A stretch of 64,000 bases of DNA from an uncultured Clostridia bacterium (lineage in GTDB: Bacteria; Acidobacteriota; Aminicenantia; UBA2199): the NCBI GenBank assembly GCA_964465065.1, contig CAYXHZ010000005.1:23318-87317 (forward strand). The letters are read 5' to 3'. This document shows positions 19,525 through 29,459 of the stretch, one piece after another. The position numbers and the translations under genes are program-made. Every line of letters starts with the position of its first letter. Position 1 is the first letter of the stretch. The notes below the pieces were generated by a model, which saw only the letters and a list, made by a program, of their open reading frames with translations, had not been told where the DNA came from and did not search any database.

Positions 19525-20436
19525 TTATTTTCCGACAACGGCAACGATCAGGTGGTTTTGCGGAGCTTGCGGCTTGTCGTCCCGGACGATGCGGATGTAA
19601 ATGTCCTGGCTGGCAGTCGACAGGACGGCGACGACCAGATCGTTGGGGATGAATGAAATGTCGGCGGTCTCGTAGACGTAGTACAGAGGGAAGCGCGGAT
19701 CGGACGCCGGCTTGCGGGCCGCAAGCGTCGCCGGTCTGGTCTTGGCGAACAGCAGGGATTTGGCCAGCGATACAGCCTGGTTGGCGAAAGTGTGATTCCA
19801 GTTGAACTGGGGTTGATCGCAGACTGTCCGGTACTGGTTGAGGCGCTCCCAGAGATCTCTGGACAGCTTGCCCGATTTTTCCGACCCGCCGATGCGGGGC
19901 GGTGGCGCAGCCAATTGTCCGGCGGCCCGGGTGGCGCTTGACGGCATGATCAGATCGGCGAACAGCTGGGTGACCAGGAAGGATTCACCGTCGAAGACGA
20001 TGCCCACCCCGATTTGCCGGAAAGCTGGAGACAGGATGTTGACCCGGTGTCTGGGGCTGTCGAGCAGGGCCTGATGGATGACGGCCGGAATGGAGGTCGG
20101 GGCGCGGGCTACGTTTTCGGCTACGGTATGGAAGTAGAGGCGGGCATCGGCCATGCGGATGTCCAGCTGGGGATAACCCGGGAAATCGTGGGCCAGGGTT
20201 CTTTCCTGGATCATCTTGCGGCTGTGGGCTCTGGCCAGTTCGCTCAGGGCGGTTTCAGACTGCAATTCCGGCAATCCGCAGCCTGTTCGTTCGCAATTGA
20301 CCAAAGCGATCAGCTGTTTTTCCAGTTCAGCCGGGCTGGGGTCGAATCCGTCGTTCGTCTGCGCCGGCAGACAGGAACACAGGCATTTGAGGATCAGTAT
20401 GGCGGACCAAGCCGCTCGTTTGCACATCAAGGTCAT
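19525..20436 (-). CDS. secreted CAP/SCP/PR-1 domain protein (paralogue 2)
   Basis: Same CAP block (LIALVNCERTGCGLPELQSETALSELARAHSRKMI...HQALLDSPRHRVNILSPAFRQIGVGIV). Zero-gap tandem with paralogue 1. Start taken at ATG 20434-20436 (MTLMCKRAAWS...). A TTG at 20463 is the alternative. Confidence 0.6.
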   Translation of the reverse strand: MTLMCKRAAWSAILILKCLCSCLPAQTNDGFDPSPAELEKQLIALVNCERTGCGLPELQSETALSELARAHSRKMIQERTLAHDFPGYPQLDIRMADARLYFHTVAENVARAPTSIPAVIHQALLDSPRHRVNILSPAFRQIGVGIVFDGESFLVTQLFADLIMPSSATRAAGQLAAPPPRIGGSEKSGKLSRDLWERLNQYRTVCDQPQFNWNHTFANQAVSLAKSLLFAKTRPATLAARKPASDPRFPLYYVYETADISFIPNDLVVAVLSTASQDIYIRIVRDDKPQAPQNHLIVAVVGK

Positions 20437-20443
20437 GGTATGG

Positions 20444-20983
20444 TCAACAGCTGTGTTTTTCAAGATGTGTTGGGATCAAATCCTGTTCCGGCGGGATGAT
20501 TTCTCTCTTCTGGTTTCGATAATCCCGCTTCCAGCGGGTGAAGCCGGCGCGGAACAGACCGCCGAACAGGCGTACCGCCGCGTAATAGATCCAGCGCAGT
20601 GCGAAATGGTCGCGTTGCAGGAAGAACAGGAACAAGCGGTCGGCCCCGGCCCGGTCGAGCGGGAGACCGCAATCCAGGAACTGGTAGAGGGCGTCGTGAA
20701 CCAGTGATGCGTAATAGCATTTGGGCTTTTGGGTCCGGGTATGGGTGACGCCGTCCGGCGTACCCAACAGAAGGTCCAGAAACTGGAATTTAGGGGTGCA
20801 ACCGTCCCAGGCGTAACCCCGGTGGATCACGGCCCGGCCGTCACCGTGAACGGTAAGCCGTCTTTGCCCGCGGCTGTCTCGGAAGCAGTAGCTCGGCTGG
20901 TCGTCATGACTATGACCGGCGCTGACAGCGAATTCGAAATCCTCATCCAGGACAAATACCCATCTGGCGGCGAATGCAGACAT
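20444..20983 (-). CDS. hypothetical protein (possibly DUF1353-like)
   Basis: 180 aa from ATG 20981-20983 (MSAFAARW..), preceded by an AGGGGGGGA RBS. Contains Y-A-W-D-G-C-T-P, reminiscent of the DUF1353 (x-DG-x-S/T-x-P) signature. Weak, from memory. Confidence 0.4.
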   Translation of the reverse strand: MSAFAARWVFVLDEDFEFAVSAGHSHDDQPSYCFRDSRGQRRLTVHGDGRAVIHRGYAWDGCTPKFQFLDLLLGTPDGVTHTRTQKPKCYYASLVHDALYQFLDCGLPLDRAGADRLFLFFLQRDHFALRWIYYAAVRLFGGLFRAGFTRWKRDYRNQKREIIPPEQDLIPTHLEKHSC

Positions 20984-21043
20984 CGCTCCCCCCCTGTACG
21001 ATCGGATTGTAAACGGGCGGGCGGCATTAAGCAAGGCGGCTTG

Positions 21044-21751
21044 TCATTTCACCGTGAAATAGATGTGACCCCAGTAGTAGAAATCGATTCTGGACCCCGG
21101 CGCCGTATCTGTGCTCAGCTTGAACTGACCCATCGCTCCGACGACTTCCAGATCGAAGCGGTACTTGTTGCCGGCCGTGAGCAGGCCTGCCGGTATATCG
21201 ACCTCCTCGGCGCAAACGGTGGCGGTGTACAGCACGGTGTTGCTGGTGAAATTCTTCAGGGTCACCAGGGTGTTGAGAACCGTCTTGGTGTAATCCCAGC
21301 GGAATTTGACCGTACGCCCGATCAGACTCCTGCGGGGGATGACGGCCTCGGGCAAGGGGTAGACCCAGCGGATGTAATTGTCGAGAAGGTATGTGCCGAG
21401 GGTGATTTCCCGGGCGACTTTCAGGCCGGGAGACGGCAGTAATTTCGGGATCATTTTGATGACGACCGTTTTGTTGCCGCTCGGGTCGTATGCGTACGGA
21501 GTGCCTCCGCTGTACTGTCCGTTGCCCTGGTCGTTGAGCAGCAGGCTGTCCAGGTAAACCCTCTGCCCGGGCAGGGGCGAACCGTTTCTGGACAGGTGCA
21601 GACCGGCGTTGATGTACGTCAGGTATTGAGAACTTCCGGTAACCAGAATTTTATCCGACGCGATAGATGAAAAAGTGCCTCTGGTCTGCCCGGTGACGGC
21701 AGAGGCAATGGCCAGAACGATCGCGATCATGGTCAGAAAATGTTTCTGCAT
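21044..21751 (-). CDS. secreted hypothetical protein
   Basis: ATG 21749-21751 is preceded by a perfect AGGAGG. Signal peptide MQKHFLTMIAIVLAIASAVTG. No recognisable domain. High-GC3 codon usage. Confidence 0.5.
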   Translation of the reverse strand: MQKHFLTMIAIVLAIASAVTGQTRGTFSSIASDKILVTGSSQYLTYINAGLHLSRNGSPLPGQRVYLDSLLLNDQGNGQYSGGTPYAYDPSGNKTVVIKMIPKLLPSPGLKVAREITLGTYLLDNYIRWVYPLPEAVIPRRSLIGRTVKFRWDYTKTVLNTLVTLKNFTSNTVLYTATVCAEEVDIPAGLLTAGNKYRFDLEVVGAMGQFKLSTDTAPGSRIDFYYWGHIYFTVK

Positions 21752-21972
21752 GGTTCCTCCTGAATCGTCGCTTGTGTCATGCATGAACATTGCCATGGGT
21801 AGGGCTGTCATGTGGATTTATATAATACCGATATGACAGGACTATTTTTTTATGACCGGGTCGGTGCGGACTGGGACCTTAAACCGTTGTTTCATTTTGA
21901 GACGGCATGCCGGTGCCCGGGAGCCGCTTGATTGCGGCTGAAAAAACGGATATTCTGAGCGGGTAAACGGGA

Positions 21973-23145
21973 ATGTGGGTTGTACTGATGAAAAAAAGGC
22001 GTATCGTGCTGTCGGTCTTGTCGGCGATTGTCGTCGTTCCGCTTGGTTGGTGTCTGCCCGGTTGGTTGTGGGGGCCGGCACTGGAGGCCATCCGGATTCA
22101 GCCCAGGGATTTGTCGCTGACCCTGGTGGTCAACGGCCGGGTTTTAGCCCCAAGTCGGGTACAGATCGGGGTGCAGATCACCGGCGTAGTCTCGCGGCGC
22201 TGCGTCGAGGAAGGGGACCGTGTCCGGACGGGACAATTGCTGCTCGAACTCGACAGTGCCCAGGCTCAGGCCGGGCTGGACAAGGCCCAGGCCGTACTGG
22301 ACAGGCTGCGCGAGGCGGCTGCGCCGGCGGACAGAGCTTCGCTGGCCCAGGCTGAGAGCGCTCTGCGTCTGAGTGAACGCCAGCACGAACGCAATCGACA
22401 TCTGTACCAGGAGGGGGTCATTCCCCTGAGTCAGCTGGAAGAGTCCGCCAAGAATCTGGAGAGTGCCCGGGCTCTCCAGGCATCGGCTCAGGCCTGGTCC
22501 CAAAGTACGAATGCCGGCAGCGACCTGCGTGTGGCCCGGGCCGAGTTGGATTTGGCCAGGGTGGCCTTGGCCCAGACCCGGGTTCTGTCTCCGGCCGACG
22601 CGGTCGTTTTGAGTCGTTCGGTCGAGGCCGGCGATCAGGTTCAACCCGGCAGGACATTGCTGGTGCTGGCCCTCGATGAGCCGCTGCAGCTGTTCGTCCA
22701 ACCCGACGAGCGCCATCTGGCCCAGCTGAGCATCGGCCAGGAGGCCCTGGCCAGCGCCGACGCCTTCCCCGATCGCCGTTTTTCGACCCGTATCAGTCGA
22801 ATCGCCCCCGGAATCGACGCTACCCGGGGTACGGTGGATGTGCGCCTGACCCTCAGCGAACCGGCCGACTTTCTGCGTCCGGATATGACCGTATCGGTGG
22901 AAATTCTGTGCCGGAAAACGCCGAAGGCCCTGGTCGTACCCCTGCAGGCGCTGCGCGGCGGACAAAACGACCATGTACTGGTTCTGCGTTCGGGACGGGC
23001 CGTGAAGGCGATGGTCCGACTCGGTCAGCGCGGCGAAAGCGAGGCCGAAGTGCAGGAAGGCTTGCAGGCCGGCGATATTGTGCTGCTGGCACCGGCCGCC
23101 CGGGAAGGCGAACGCTGCCGAGCCCGGCTGGACAGTGAGCCATGA
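21973..23145 (+). CDS. HlyD/MacA-type periplasmic adaptor subunit
   Basis: N-terminal TM, long coiled-coil hairpin (Q/A/L-rich), and beta-barrel segments (VLSPADAVVLSRSVEAGDQVQPGRTLLVL). Overlaps the downstream permease gene. Confidence 0.7.
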   Translation: MWVVLMKKRRIVLSVLSAIVVVPLGWCLPGWLWGPALEAIRIQPRDLSLTLVVNGRVLAPSRVQIGVQITGVVSRRCVEEGDRVRTGQLLLELDSAQAQAGLDKAQAVLDRLREAAAPADRASLAQAESALRLSERQHERNRHLYQEGVIPLSQLEESAKNLESARALQASAQAWSQSTNAGSDLRVARAELDLARVALAQTRVLSPADAVVLSRSVEAGDQVQPGRTLLVLALDEPLQLFVQPDERHLAQLSIGQEALASADAFPDRRFSTRISRIAPGIDATRGTVDVRLTLSEPADFLRPDMTVSVEILCRKTPKALVVPLQALRGGQNDHVLVLRSGRAVKAMVRLGQRGESEAEVQEGLQAGDIVLLAPAAREGERCRARLDSEP

Positions 23146-24359
23146 GCTTCGAACTGGCGGTGGCGTTGCGCTTTCTCCGGGAGGGACGTGTCCAGACGGC
23201 CCTGATTCTGGCCGGTATCGCCACCGGAGTCGGGGTGATCATCTTTCTGTCGGCTCTCATCAACGGCCTGCAGCAAAACATCATCGAACGAACCCTGGGC
23301 AACCAGGCGCACATCGTTCTGCAGGCTGACGAAGAACGGGCCCGGCCGCAGTTGAGCGGGGAAGGGGGGCCGGTCCTGGCCCATATCCAACGTCCGGCCC
23401 AGCGTCTGCGCAGCATCCTGGGCTGGCAGAAACTGCTGCAATCCTTGCGTGAACGAGCGCAGGTGGTCGCCGCTTCGCCCATGGTGTCGGGCAGCGCCTT
23501 TGCGCTCCGGGGCATGGCCAGCCGCAGCGTGACACTGAAGGGAATCGAAATGGAAAGCTATAACGGCATTCTCGACCTGAACAAGAAAATAGTCGAGGGC
23601 AAGTTCGATGTCAGTGGCAGCAACACCGTGATCGGTACGGAACTGGCTCGGGATCTGGGACTGGTCGTCGGCGACACAGTCCGCCTGATGGCTCCCGACG
23701 AGCGGACCGGACTGTTCGTCGTAACCGGCCTGTTCGATGTAGGCAACAAGGAACTCAACCAACGCTGGGCCTTTGTCAGCCTGCGTTCCGGTCAGACGCT
23801 GATGAATCTGGCCGGCGGCGTGAGCGGTATCGAACTGAAGGTGCGGGAGATCTTTCTTGCCGAAGAGGAGGCGCAGGCCATCTTCGCCCAGACGGGACTC
23901 AAGTCCGACAGCTGGATGAAGCTGAACGCCCAGCTGCTGGTGGGACTGCGCAGCCAGACCAGCTCCAGCGTCATGATCCAGTTCTTCGTCATCGTGGCCG
24001 TCATTCTGGGAATCGCGTCGGTGCTGGTGGTCAGCGTCATCCAGAAAGGACGTCAGATCGGCATTCTTCGGGCTTTCGGCACCCGGCGCAGGCAGATCCG
24101 CTGGATTTTTCTGCTGCAGGGCGGTCTGCTCGGGCTGGCGGGCAGTCTGGGCGGCATCGTACTGGGAAGTCTTCTGGCTATCGCCTTCCAGGGTTTGGCC
24201 AGCAACCCCGACGGCAGCCCGATCTTTCCGGTCGCCCCGACCTGGAGCCTGTACACCCGTTCGGTTCTGGTCGCCCTGGGTACCGGGTTGATCGGTTCCT
24301 GGCTGCCTGCCCGTCGTGCCGCCGGTCTCGATCCGGCTGTGGCCATACGCTATGAGTGA
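23142..24359 (+). CDS. ABC transporter permease, FtsX/LolC/MacB-type
   Basis: 405 aa, 4-TM FtsX-like topology with a large periplasmic loop. Opens MSFELAVALRFLREGRVQTALILAGIATGVGVIIFLSALINGL. Confidence 0.8.
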   Translation: MSFELAVALRFLREGRVQTALILAGIATGVGVIIFLSALINGLQQNIIERTLGNQAHIVLQADEERARPQLSGEGGPVLAHIQRPAQRLRSILGWQKLLQSLRERAQVVAASPMVSGSAFALRGMASRSVTLKGIEMESYNGILDLNKKIVEGKFDVSGSNTVIGTELARDLGLVVGDTVRLMAPDERTGLFVVTGLFDVGNKELNQRWAFVSLRSGQTLMNLAGGVSGIELKVREIFLAEEEAQAIFAQTGLKSDSWMKLNAQLLVGLRSQTSSSVMIQFFVIVAVILGIASVLVVSVIQKGRQIGILRAFGTRRRQIRWIFLLQGGLLGLAGSLGGIVLGSLLAIAFQGLASNPDGSPIFPVAPTWSLYTRSVLVALGTGLIGSWLPARRAAGLDPAVAIRYE

Positions 24360-25032
24360 AATCCGTACCGTACTCCAGTTACGCCAGGTCCGCAAATCCT
24401 ATCCCGGTTCCGTCGACACCGAAGTCCTGCACGGCATCGACATGCAGATCGCTGCCGGCGAGTTTGTGGCCTTGATCGGTCCCAGCGGATCGGGCAAAAG
24501 CACCCTGCTCAACATCCTGGGGCTTCTCGACCGGCCCAGCAGCGGCAGCGTGACCATCATGGACCGGGAATGCACGGCTCTCAGCGATGCCGAACTGACC
24601 GAACTGCGCGGGCGGAGCCTGGGCTTCGTTTTCCAGTTTCATCACCTGCTGCCGGCCTTCAGCGCCGAGGAAAATGTCTATCTGCCCATGCTGGCCGATA
24701 GCGGACGATTCGAACCGCACATGCGCCAGCGCGCCCGCGAATTGCTGACCAAAATCGGTTTACAGGGACTGGAAGGCAGGCCGGCCTGGAAACTGAGCGG
24801 GGGACAGCAACAGCGGGTGGCCATCGCCCGGTCGCTGGTCATGAATCCGGCGCTGGTTTTGGCCGACGAGCCGACCGGCAACCTGGATCAGGCCTCCGGA
24901 CAACAGGTCTTTGAGCTCATGCGCCAGTTCAACCGGGAGATGGGCACCGCTTTTCTGATCGTCACCCACGAGGTCCGGCTGGCGGAACGTTGCGAGCGCC
25001 GTCTGAACCTGGTGGACGGCCTACTGCAATAA
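24352..25032 (+). CDS. ABC transporter ATP-binding protein (LolD/MacB-type)
   Basis: Walker [10 protein letters not shown], signature [15 protein letters not shown], Walker [16 protein letters not shown] 24352 overlaps the permease gene by 8 nt. Confidence 0.85.
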   Translation: MSEIRTVLQLRQVRKSYPGSVDTEVLHGIDMQIAAGEFVALIGPSGSGKSTLLNILGLLDRPSSGSVTIMDRECTALSDAELTELRGRSLGFVFQFHHLLPAFSAEENVYLPMLADSGRFEPHMRQRARELLTKIGLQGLEGRPAWKLSGGQQQRVAIARSLVMNPALVLADEPTGNLDQASGQQVFELMRQFNREMGTAFLIVTHEVRLAERCERRLNLVDGLLQ

Positions 25033-25099
25033 AGAACAGCGCGGGCCGGGCGATTTGCTGGAAAAAAGTCGCAAACCAGTCGGTGACGAATCGGATATA

Positions 25100-25627
25100 A
25101 TGGGTATGCAGATGCTCGACGAGATCAACGCTCCTGCCCCGGACGAAGCCACGCAGGTCTTCTGGGCGCTGTTTTCTCCCTGCCGGCGGGGCCTTTACGC
25201 CTTCATCAAGAAAAGCCTGAACTATTCCGAGGACGCCGATGATCTCTACCAGGAGACCGTGCTGCGGGCGGTTCGTTATTTCCCAGGGTACCGCAGCGAT
25301 CATCCGTTCCGTACCTGGATCTATTCGATCGCCCACAACGAGCTGAAAAAACTGTACAGACACCGCAGTCGGCAGGCCGAAAAACTACCGGACGATTTCG
25401 CCGCCGAATGCCCCGCAGAGATGGATCCGCTGGCTGTCGAAGAGCTCAGGCGTCTGCATGAGCTGGCCATGGAACTCAAACCGGCCTGGCGGGAAGTGTT
25501 CTTTCTGTATTATCAGGACGGTTTCAAGGTCGACGAGGTGGCCGGAATCACCGGCCGTTCCGGCGGTCACGTCAAATTCATCCTTCATCGCTGCCGGAAA
25601 GCGGTGCGGGACCGGCTGGGAGGTTGA
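25100..25627 (+). CDS. ECF-type RNA polymerase sigma factor (sigma-70 family)
   Basis: Region 2 (DADDLYQETVLRAVRYFPGYRSDHPFRTWIYSIAHNELKK) and region 4 HTH (FFLYYQDGFKVDEVAGITGRSGGHVKFILHRCRKAVRD). ATG 25100 is chosen as the first ATG. The track start at 25055 is a non-ATG. Confidence 0.75.
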   Translation: MGMQMLDEINAPAPDEATQVFWALFSPCRRGLYAFIKKSLNYSEDADDLYQETVLRAVRYFPGYRSDHPFRTWIYSIAHNELKKLYRHRSRQAEKLPDDFAAECPAEMDPLAVEELRRLHELAMELKPAWREVFFLYYQDGFKVDEVAGITGRSGGHVKFILHRCRKAVRDRLGG

Positions 25628-26100
25628 ACATGCGGCAAGATAACCGCTGGCTCGATGAACGGATCCGGCGCGGCGTCACGGCCTGGACGCCGGAGATTCC
25701 ACATGAAGTCGATAAAAAAACCGCGGCATACCGGCTTGCCGACCTGGACAGTCCAGACAAGAGGCCTGTAAAGTTTTCCTGGATGAAGGCGGCGGCTGTG
25801 GCCGCGGTGCTGATTCCGAGCGTTCTGATACTTCGGCCGCTGTGGCATCGGAATCCGCAGCGGCTTGTATGCCAGGCGCCGTTACCGGCCGCTCCCATTG
25901 TCTATCCGGCCCCGCCGGCGCTGGATATCGTGGTGAACGAAGCGCCGGCGCGGCGGAAAGCGGCCCGGCGCAGAGTGCAGACGGCTGCAGCAGAAAGCGC
26001 GAACAAACCTCGTCAAATCGATCTGCTGCTGACCATCGCCGACAAGAACATCACCATCGTCTGGTGCCAGCGGGAAGATTTTAATTTGTTGACTGAATAA
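25624..26100 (+). CDS. putative anti-sigma factor (single-pass membrane protein)
   Basis: 4-nt overlap with the sigma gene and GGAGGT RBS. Single TM (AAAVAAVLIPSVLILRPLW) after a short cytoplasmic N-terminus. No conserved domain recognised. Confidence 0.5.
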   Translation: MNMRQDNRWLDERIRRGVTAWTPEIPHEVDKKTAAYRLADLDSPDKRPVKFSWMKAAAVAAVLIPSVLILRPLWHRNPQRLVCQAPLPAAPIVYPAPPALDIVVNEAPARRKAARRRVQTAAAESANKPRQIDLLLTIADKNITIVWCQREDFNLLTE

Positions 26101-26112
26101 ACGGAGGAGAAT

Positions 26113-26880
26113 ATGAAAAAAAGAATTTTGGGGATTGCGTTTCTGTTATGTGTCGCGCTGATGCTCCCGGCTGCCGCTCAGAAGGCAGAGCAGCCGAAAG
26201 AGGAAAGAGGCGACAAGATGATTACCCGGACCTATGAATTGAAGCATGTGGCTTCAAAATCCATAGAAAGACTGGCACGTCCCTATATACTCGAATATGG
26301 TTTCCTAGAGGGAAATCCGTTGATTACCGTAACCATGCTCCGGGAAAACGTCAAGGCTTTCGAGGATCTGCTGGCCAGACTGGATCGGCCGAAAACGAAT
26401 ATCCATTTCCGGATTTTCACGGTCAGGGCGACAAGCGGCGGCGAATCTTCCCAGGAGGATATGCTGGCGGATCTGCAAGGAGTGGTGAACGAGCTCAAGA
26501 AGGTCTTGGGCTACAAGAGCTTTACTCTGGATGGCGTGTCGAGCGTTCTGCTGGCTGACGGCTCCAGGTACAACGAACTGGAACTCAATTCTCATGTCGA
26601 CGATCTGTTCCTTTCCCTGATGAACGTGAATCTCGTTCGCTCCGAGGACGGAAAGTTCGCTGTCAACCTGGGGGTCGAACTTAGGGAGAAATTCAATAAT
26701 ATCGTTGTTGAACAGGATCGCAAGGTCATCGACCGCAAACTGATCGGGGTGGAACAAATGAAGATCCAGGAAGGGGGATATCTGGTGGTGGGTGTGTCCA
26801 AAATGGACACGGCCCGCGATTCGAATGTGAATAAAATGGGCGACGCCCTGGTGCTGGTCATCAACGCCACCGTGCAGTGA
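26113..26880 (+). CDS. secreted protein with secretin-N (NolW-like) type repeats
   Basis: Signal peptide MKKRILGIAFLLCVALMLPAAA. The segment YELKHVASKSIERLARPYILE..GNPLITVTMLRENVKAFEDLLARLDRP matches the secretin_N pattern. A second, weaker copy follows. Confidence 0.5.
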   Translation: MKKRILGIAFLLCVALMLPAAAQKAEQPKEERGDKMITRTYELKHVASKSIERLARPYILEYGFLEGNPLITVTMLRENVKAFEDLLARLDRPKTNIHFRIFTVRATSGGESSQEDMLADLQGVVNELKKVLGYKSFTLDGVSSVLLADGSRYNELELNSHVDDLFLSLMNVNLVRSEDGKFAVNLGVELREKFNNIVVEQDRKVIDRKLIGVEQMKIQEGGYLVVGVSKMDTARDSNVNKMGDALVLVINATVQ

Positions 26881-26916
26881 CCGGCATCGAGGACCGGTTG
26901 CAGCCTGAAAGAAGTC

Positions 26917-27858
26917 TCAGCAGCGTTCTTGACGCTGAAACCGGTCCTTGATGAATGCGGCGATTTCATTCATGGCAATGACAGCTTCGGGAAACAGGGG
27001 CGAACAGACCGGGTAACAGTGGAATAAGCCCTCTCCGACTTTCAGCGTGACATCGACCCCGGCCGCCCTGGCCTTTTCGGCGAAGCGCAGCGAATCGTCT
27101 CGCAGAATTTCGTCGCTGCCGACAGATATGTAAAGTGGCGGCAAGCCGTGCAGATCACCGTACAGCGGCGATATCCAGGCTGTCCGGGGATCGGTTTCCG
27201 CACAGTAATGGCGGCTGAAGGCCTGCCAGCAGCCTGTCGGCGACAGGCATTTTTCTGCATTGGTCCGGTAGGACGAACCACTGCAGGCCAGGTCGGTCCA
27301 GGGGGATAGCGCCACCGCCGCTCCGGGTAGCGGGATGTCGGCATCCCGCAGGGCCAGCAACAGAGCCAGACAGAGCCCGCCACCGGCCGAGTCACCCGCC
27401 AGGATAATATTATGGCCATGATATCCCTGGTCCAGCAGCCATCTGTAAGCGCTGAGCGAATCCTCCAGGGCAGCCGGATAGGGATGTTCCGGAGCCAGCC
27501 GGTATGGATACAGCAGCGCCCGGATTCCGGTTCCTCGTACGAATTTGCTGACGTGAACGCGATGGTCCGAGCAGGAACCCGAGACATAGCCTCCGCCATG
27601 GACAAACAGGATGACCCGATCGCTTGCTGCCCCGGCGGGGATTATCCATTCACAGGTCATGTCGGCGATCTGTTCTGCAACGGCTTGGATGCCGACTTGC
27701 AGCCGACCGAACCGTACGGCTCCCTTTTCACAGTCATGACGAAACTTTTGAATGGACTCCACCCGGGTCCAGTCCACCGCTTTTTTTGTCGGTTTGAACC
27801 TCAGCAGTTGACGGTTTCGAAAGGTCCACAACACCAAACGGGCACGCAAACTGGGCAT
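26917..27858 (-). CDS. alpha/beta hydrolase (esterase/lipase, HSL-like family)
   Basis: HGGG oxyanion motif (ILFVHGGGYVSGS) and nucleophile elbow GDSAGG. ATG 27856-27858 is preceded by AGGAGTG. The track start at 27945 adds a non-protein-like N-terminus. Confidence 0.75.
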   Translation of the reverse strand: MPSLRARLVLWTFRNRQLLRFKPTKKAVDWTRVESIQKFRHDCEKGAVRFGRLQVGIQAVAEQIADMTCEWIIPAGAASDRVILFVHGGGYVSGSCSDHRVHVSKFVRGTGIRALLYPYRLAPEHPYPAALEDSLSAYRWLLDQGYHGHNIILAGDSAGGGLCLALLLALRDADIPLPGAAVALSPWTDLACSGSSYRTNAEKCLSPTGCWQAFSRHYCAETDPRTAWISPLYGDLHGLPPLYISVGSDEILRDDSLRFAEKARAAGVDVTLKVGEGLFHCYPVCSPLFPEAVIAMNEIAAFIKDRFQRQERC

Positions 27859-27941
27859 ATTACACTCCTGAAAGATCGCTTTCCTATAGAATGAATCATA
27901 CCTTATCGATACGGTCCGGTATTGTAAAAATGCGACAACAA

Positions 27942-28757
27942 TCAAGGGCGATATCGGAAATGAATACGGGTACGGACCTTCCCCGGCAGGGGTGTCGGTT
28001 CGAAAAGGGTTTTGTCGCCGGGGAGACGGCCGGTCAGTGCCTTGAAATCCCGGATCATATGGGATTGATCGCTGAAGCCGCAGCCGGCAGCCAAATCCGA
28101 CAAACTGCGGTAGCGGCGGCTGTGCAGGATGGACAGCAGCTTGCGCAGACGGATCATCCGGCTCAGTCTCTTGGGGGACAAGCCGATTTCACTGATGAAA
28201 CGGCGCTCCAGAAGGCGTCGCCGGGCTCCGCTGAGACGGGCGATTTCGCCAATGCGACTTTTCCCGTAGCGCCGCGTGATCAATTCAAGTGCCGATTCGA
28301 CGTAAGAGTCGCCATGGAGGAGCGGCAGACCGCGTACCGTCGATTCCATGATCCGTTGCCGTTCCTCATGGCTCGAAGCGGCCGCCATTTCCCGGCCCAG
28401 GTCCTCTATATCTCGACCGTTGATTTCCGTAATCTCCACATGGGAATCGGTCAGCTCTGCCATACCGGTTTGCATCAGCTTCGGCAGGCGGCCGGGATGG
28501 AAACGGATTCCGTAATAATCGGCGGATTCATCGATTTCGACAGTGGTTCTTTCACTGAGAGGTCCAATAAGGACCATGCGGTTTTTGCGGCTGCTTGAAT
28601 AGCGGAAGATCAGCTTGGCACTGCAGTCGGGAAAAATCTCATGCCGTGAAACCCGATCGTTTCCCGAAGCCGGGATCGACCAGCAGATATCGATAACATC
28701 TTGCAGCGGTCGGGAGGGAAAGCCGACGATGATTCGGAGTCCGGATTGTCTGTTCAT
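27942..28757 (-). CDS. AraC family transcriptional regulator
   Basis: C-terminal AraC HTH pair (..IGEIARLSGARRRLLERRFISEIGLSPKRLSRMIRLRKLLSIL... LAAGCGFSDQSHMIRDFKALTGRLP). Start at ATG 28755-28757 (MNRQSGLRIIV). Upstream in-frame sequence is AT-rich and intergenic-like. Confidence 0.7.
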   Translation of the reverse strand: MNRQSGLRIIVGFPSRPLQDVIDICWSIPASGNDRVSRHEIFPDCSAKLIFRYSSSRKNRMVLIGPLSERTTVEIDESADYYGIRFHPGRLPKLMQTGMAELTDSHVEITEINGRDIEDLGREMAAASSHEERQRIMESTVRGLPLLHGDSYVESALELITRRYGKSRIGEIARLSGARRRLLERRFISEIGLSPKRLSRMIRLRKLLSILHSRRYRSLSDLAAGCGFSDQSHMIRDFKALTGRLPGDKTLFEPTPLPGKVRTRIHFRYRP

Positions 28758-28890
28758 GGAAAAACTGAAAGATTCTATCACTGCCGAGCCGGTTTGCCAA
28801 TCTTCATCGACATGCGTTTGCTCTGACCGCTGCGGTCTGCTTCCATTTTTATATTTTAATGAGTAATATGACACGGACAGAGGAGGTCGC

Positions 28891-29349
28891 ATGAAATGGT
28901 TGTGGATCGGATTGGGCGCCGTCGGTCTGGCCGCTTTCTTCGTTTTTTACCTGCGCAGCCGCAGCGGGGAGATGACCATGGCCGTCGACCTGGACCGGCG
29001 TATCGTCCAGCCTTACATCAAAGCGGTGGCCGACGGGGATTACCCAAGCGCCTACGAGCTGTTGAGCCAAGGCTACCGCCGCGAGGTTCCGTTTGAAAAA
29101 TTCCGGGCGGCTCATGAAAAACGGCGCAGCGAAAGGGGCACCGTCAGTTCGACCAGACTGGTCAGCGATCAGGTCCTGCGAACCTTGTTTTCGAGCCGGC
29201 GTACGGTTCGTCTTCTCTATCAGCTGGATTACTCCGGAACTTTCGATACGGGCTGGGTGCAACTCGAAGAGGAAGACAAGGACCGTTTCGCCATCGAAGG
29301 CACCTATCGGGAGAACGCCGCCGAAACTCTCGATTTCATCGTCTGGTGA
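28891..29349 (+). CDS. hypothetical membrane-anchored protein
   Basis: GAGGAGG RBS, N-terminal TM (MKWLWIGLGAVGLAAFFVFYL), about 130-aa soluble domain. No assignable family. Confidence 0.45.
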   Translation: MKWLWIGLGAVGLAAFFVFYLRSRSGEMTMAVDLDRRIVQPYIKAVADGDYPSAYELLSQGYRREVPFEKFRAAHEKRRSERGTVSSTRLVSDQVLRTLFSSRRTVRLLYQLDYSGTFDTGWVQLEEEDKDRFAIEGTYRENAAETLDFIVW

Positions 29350-29459
29350 GGGGGCGGCCGGCGCTGAATTCCGGGAAGGTGTTGACACCGACGCCGATCT
29401 ATACCATATTGCTATAGCTTGGTGCTAAAGTTTGAGAAAAGTAATTGGGAGATGGGGGT

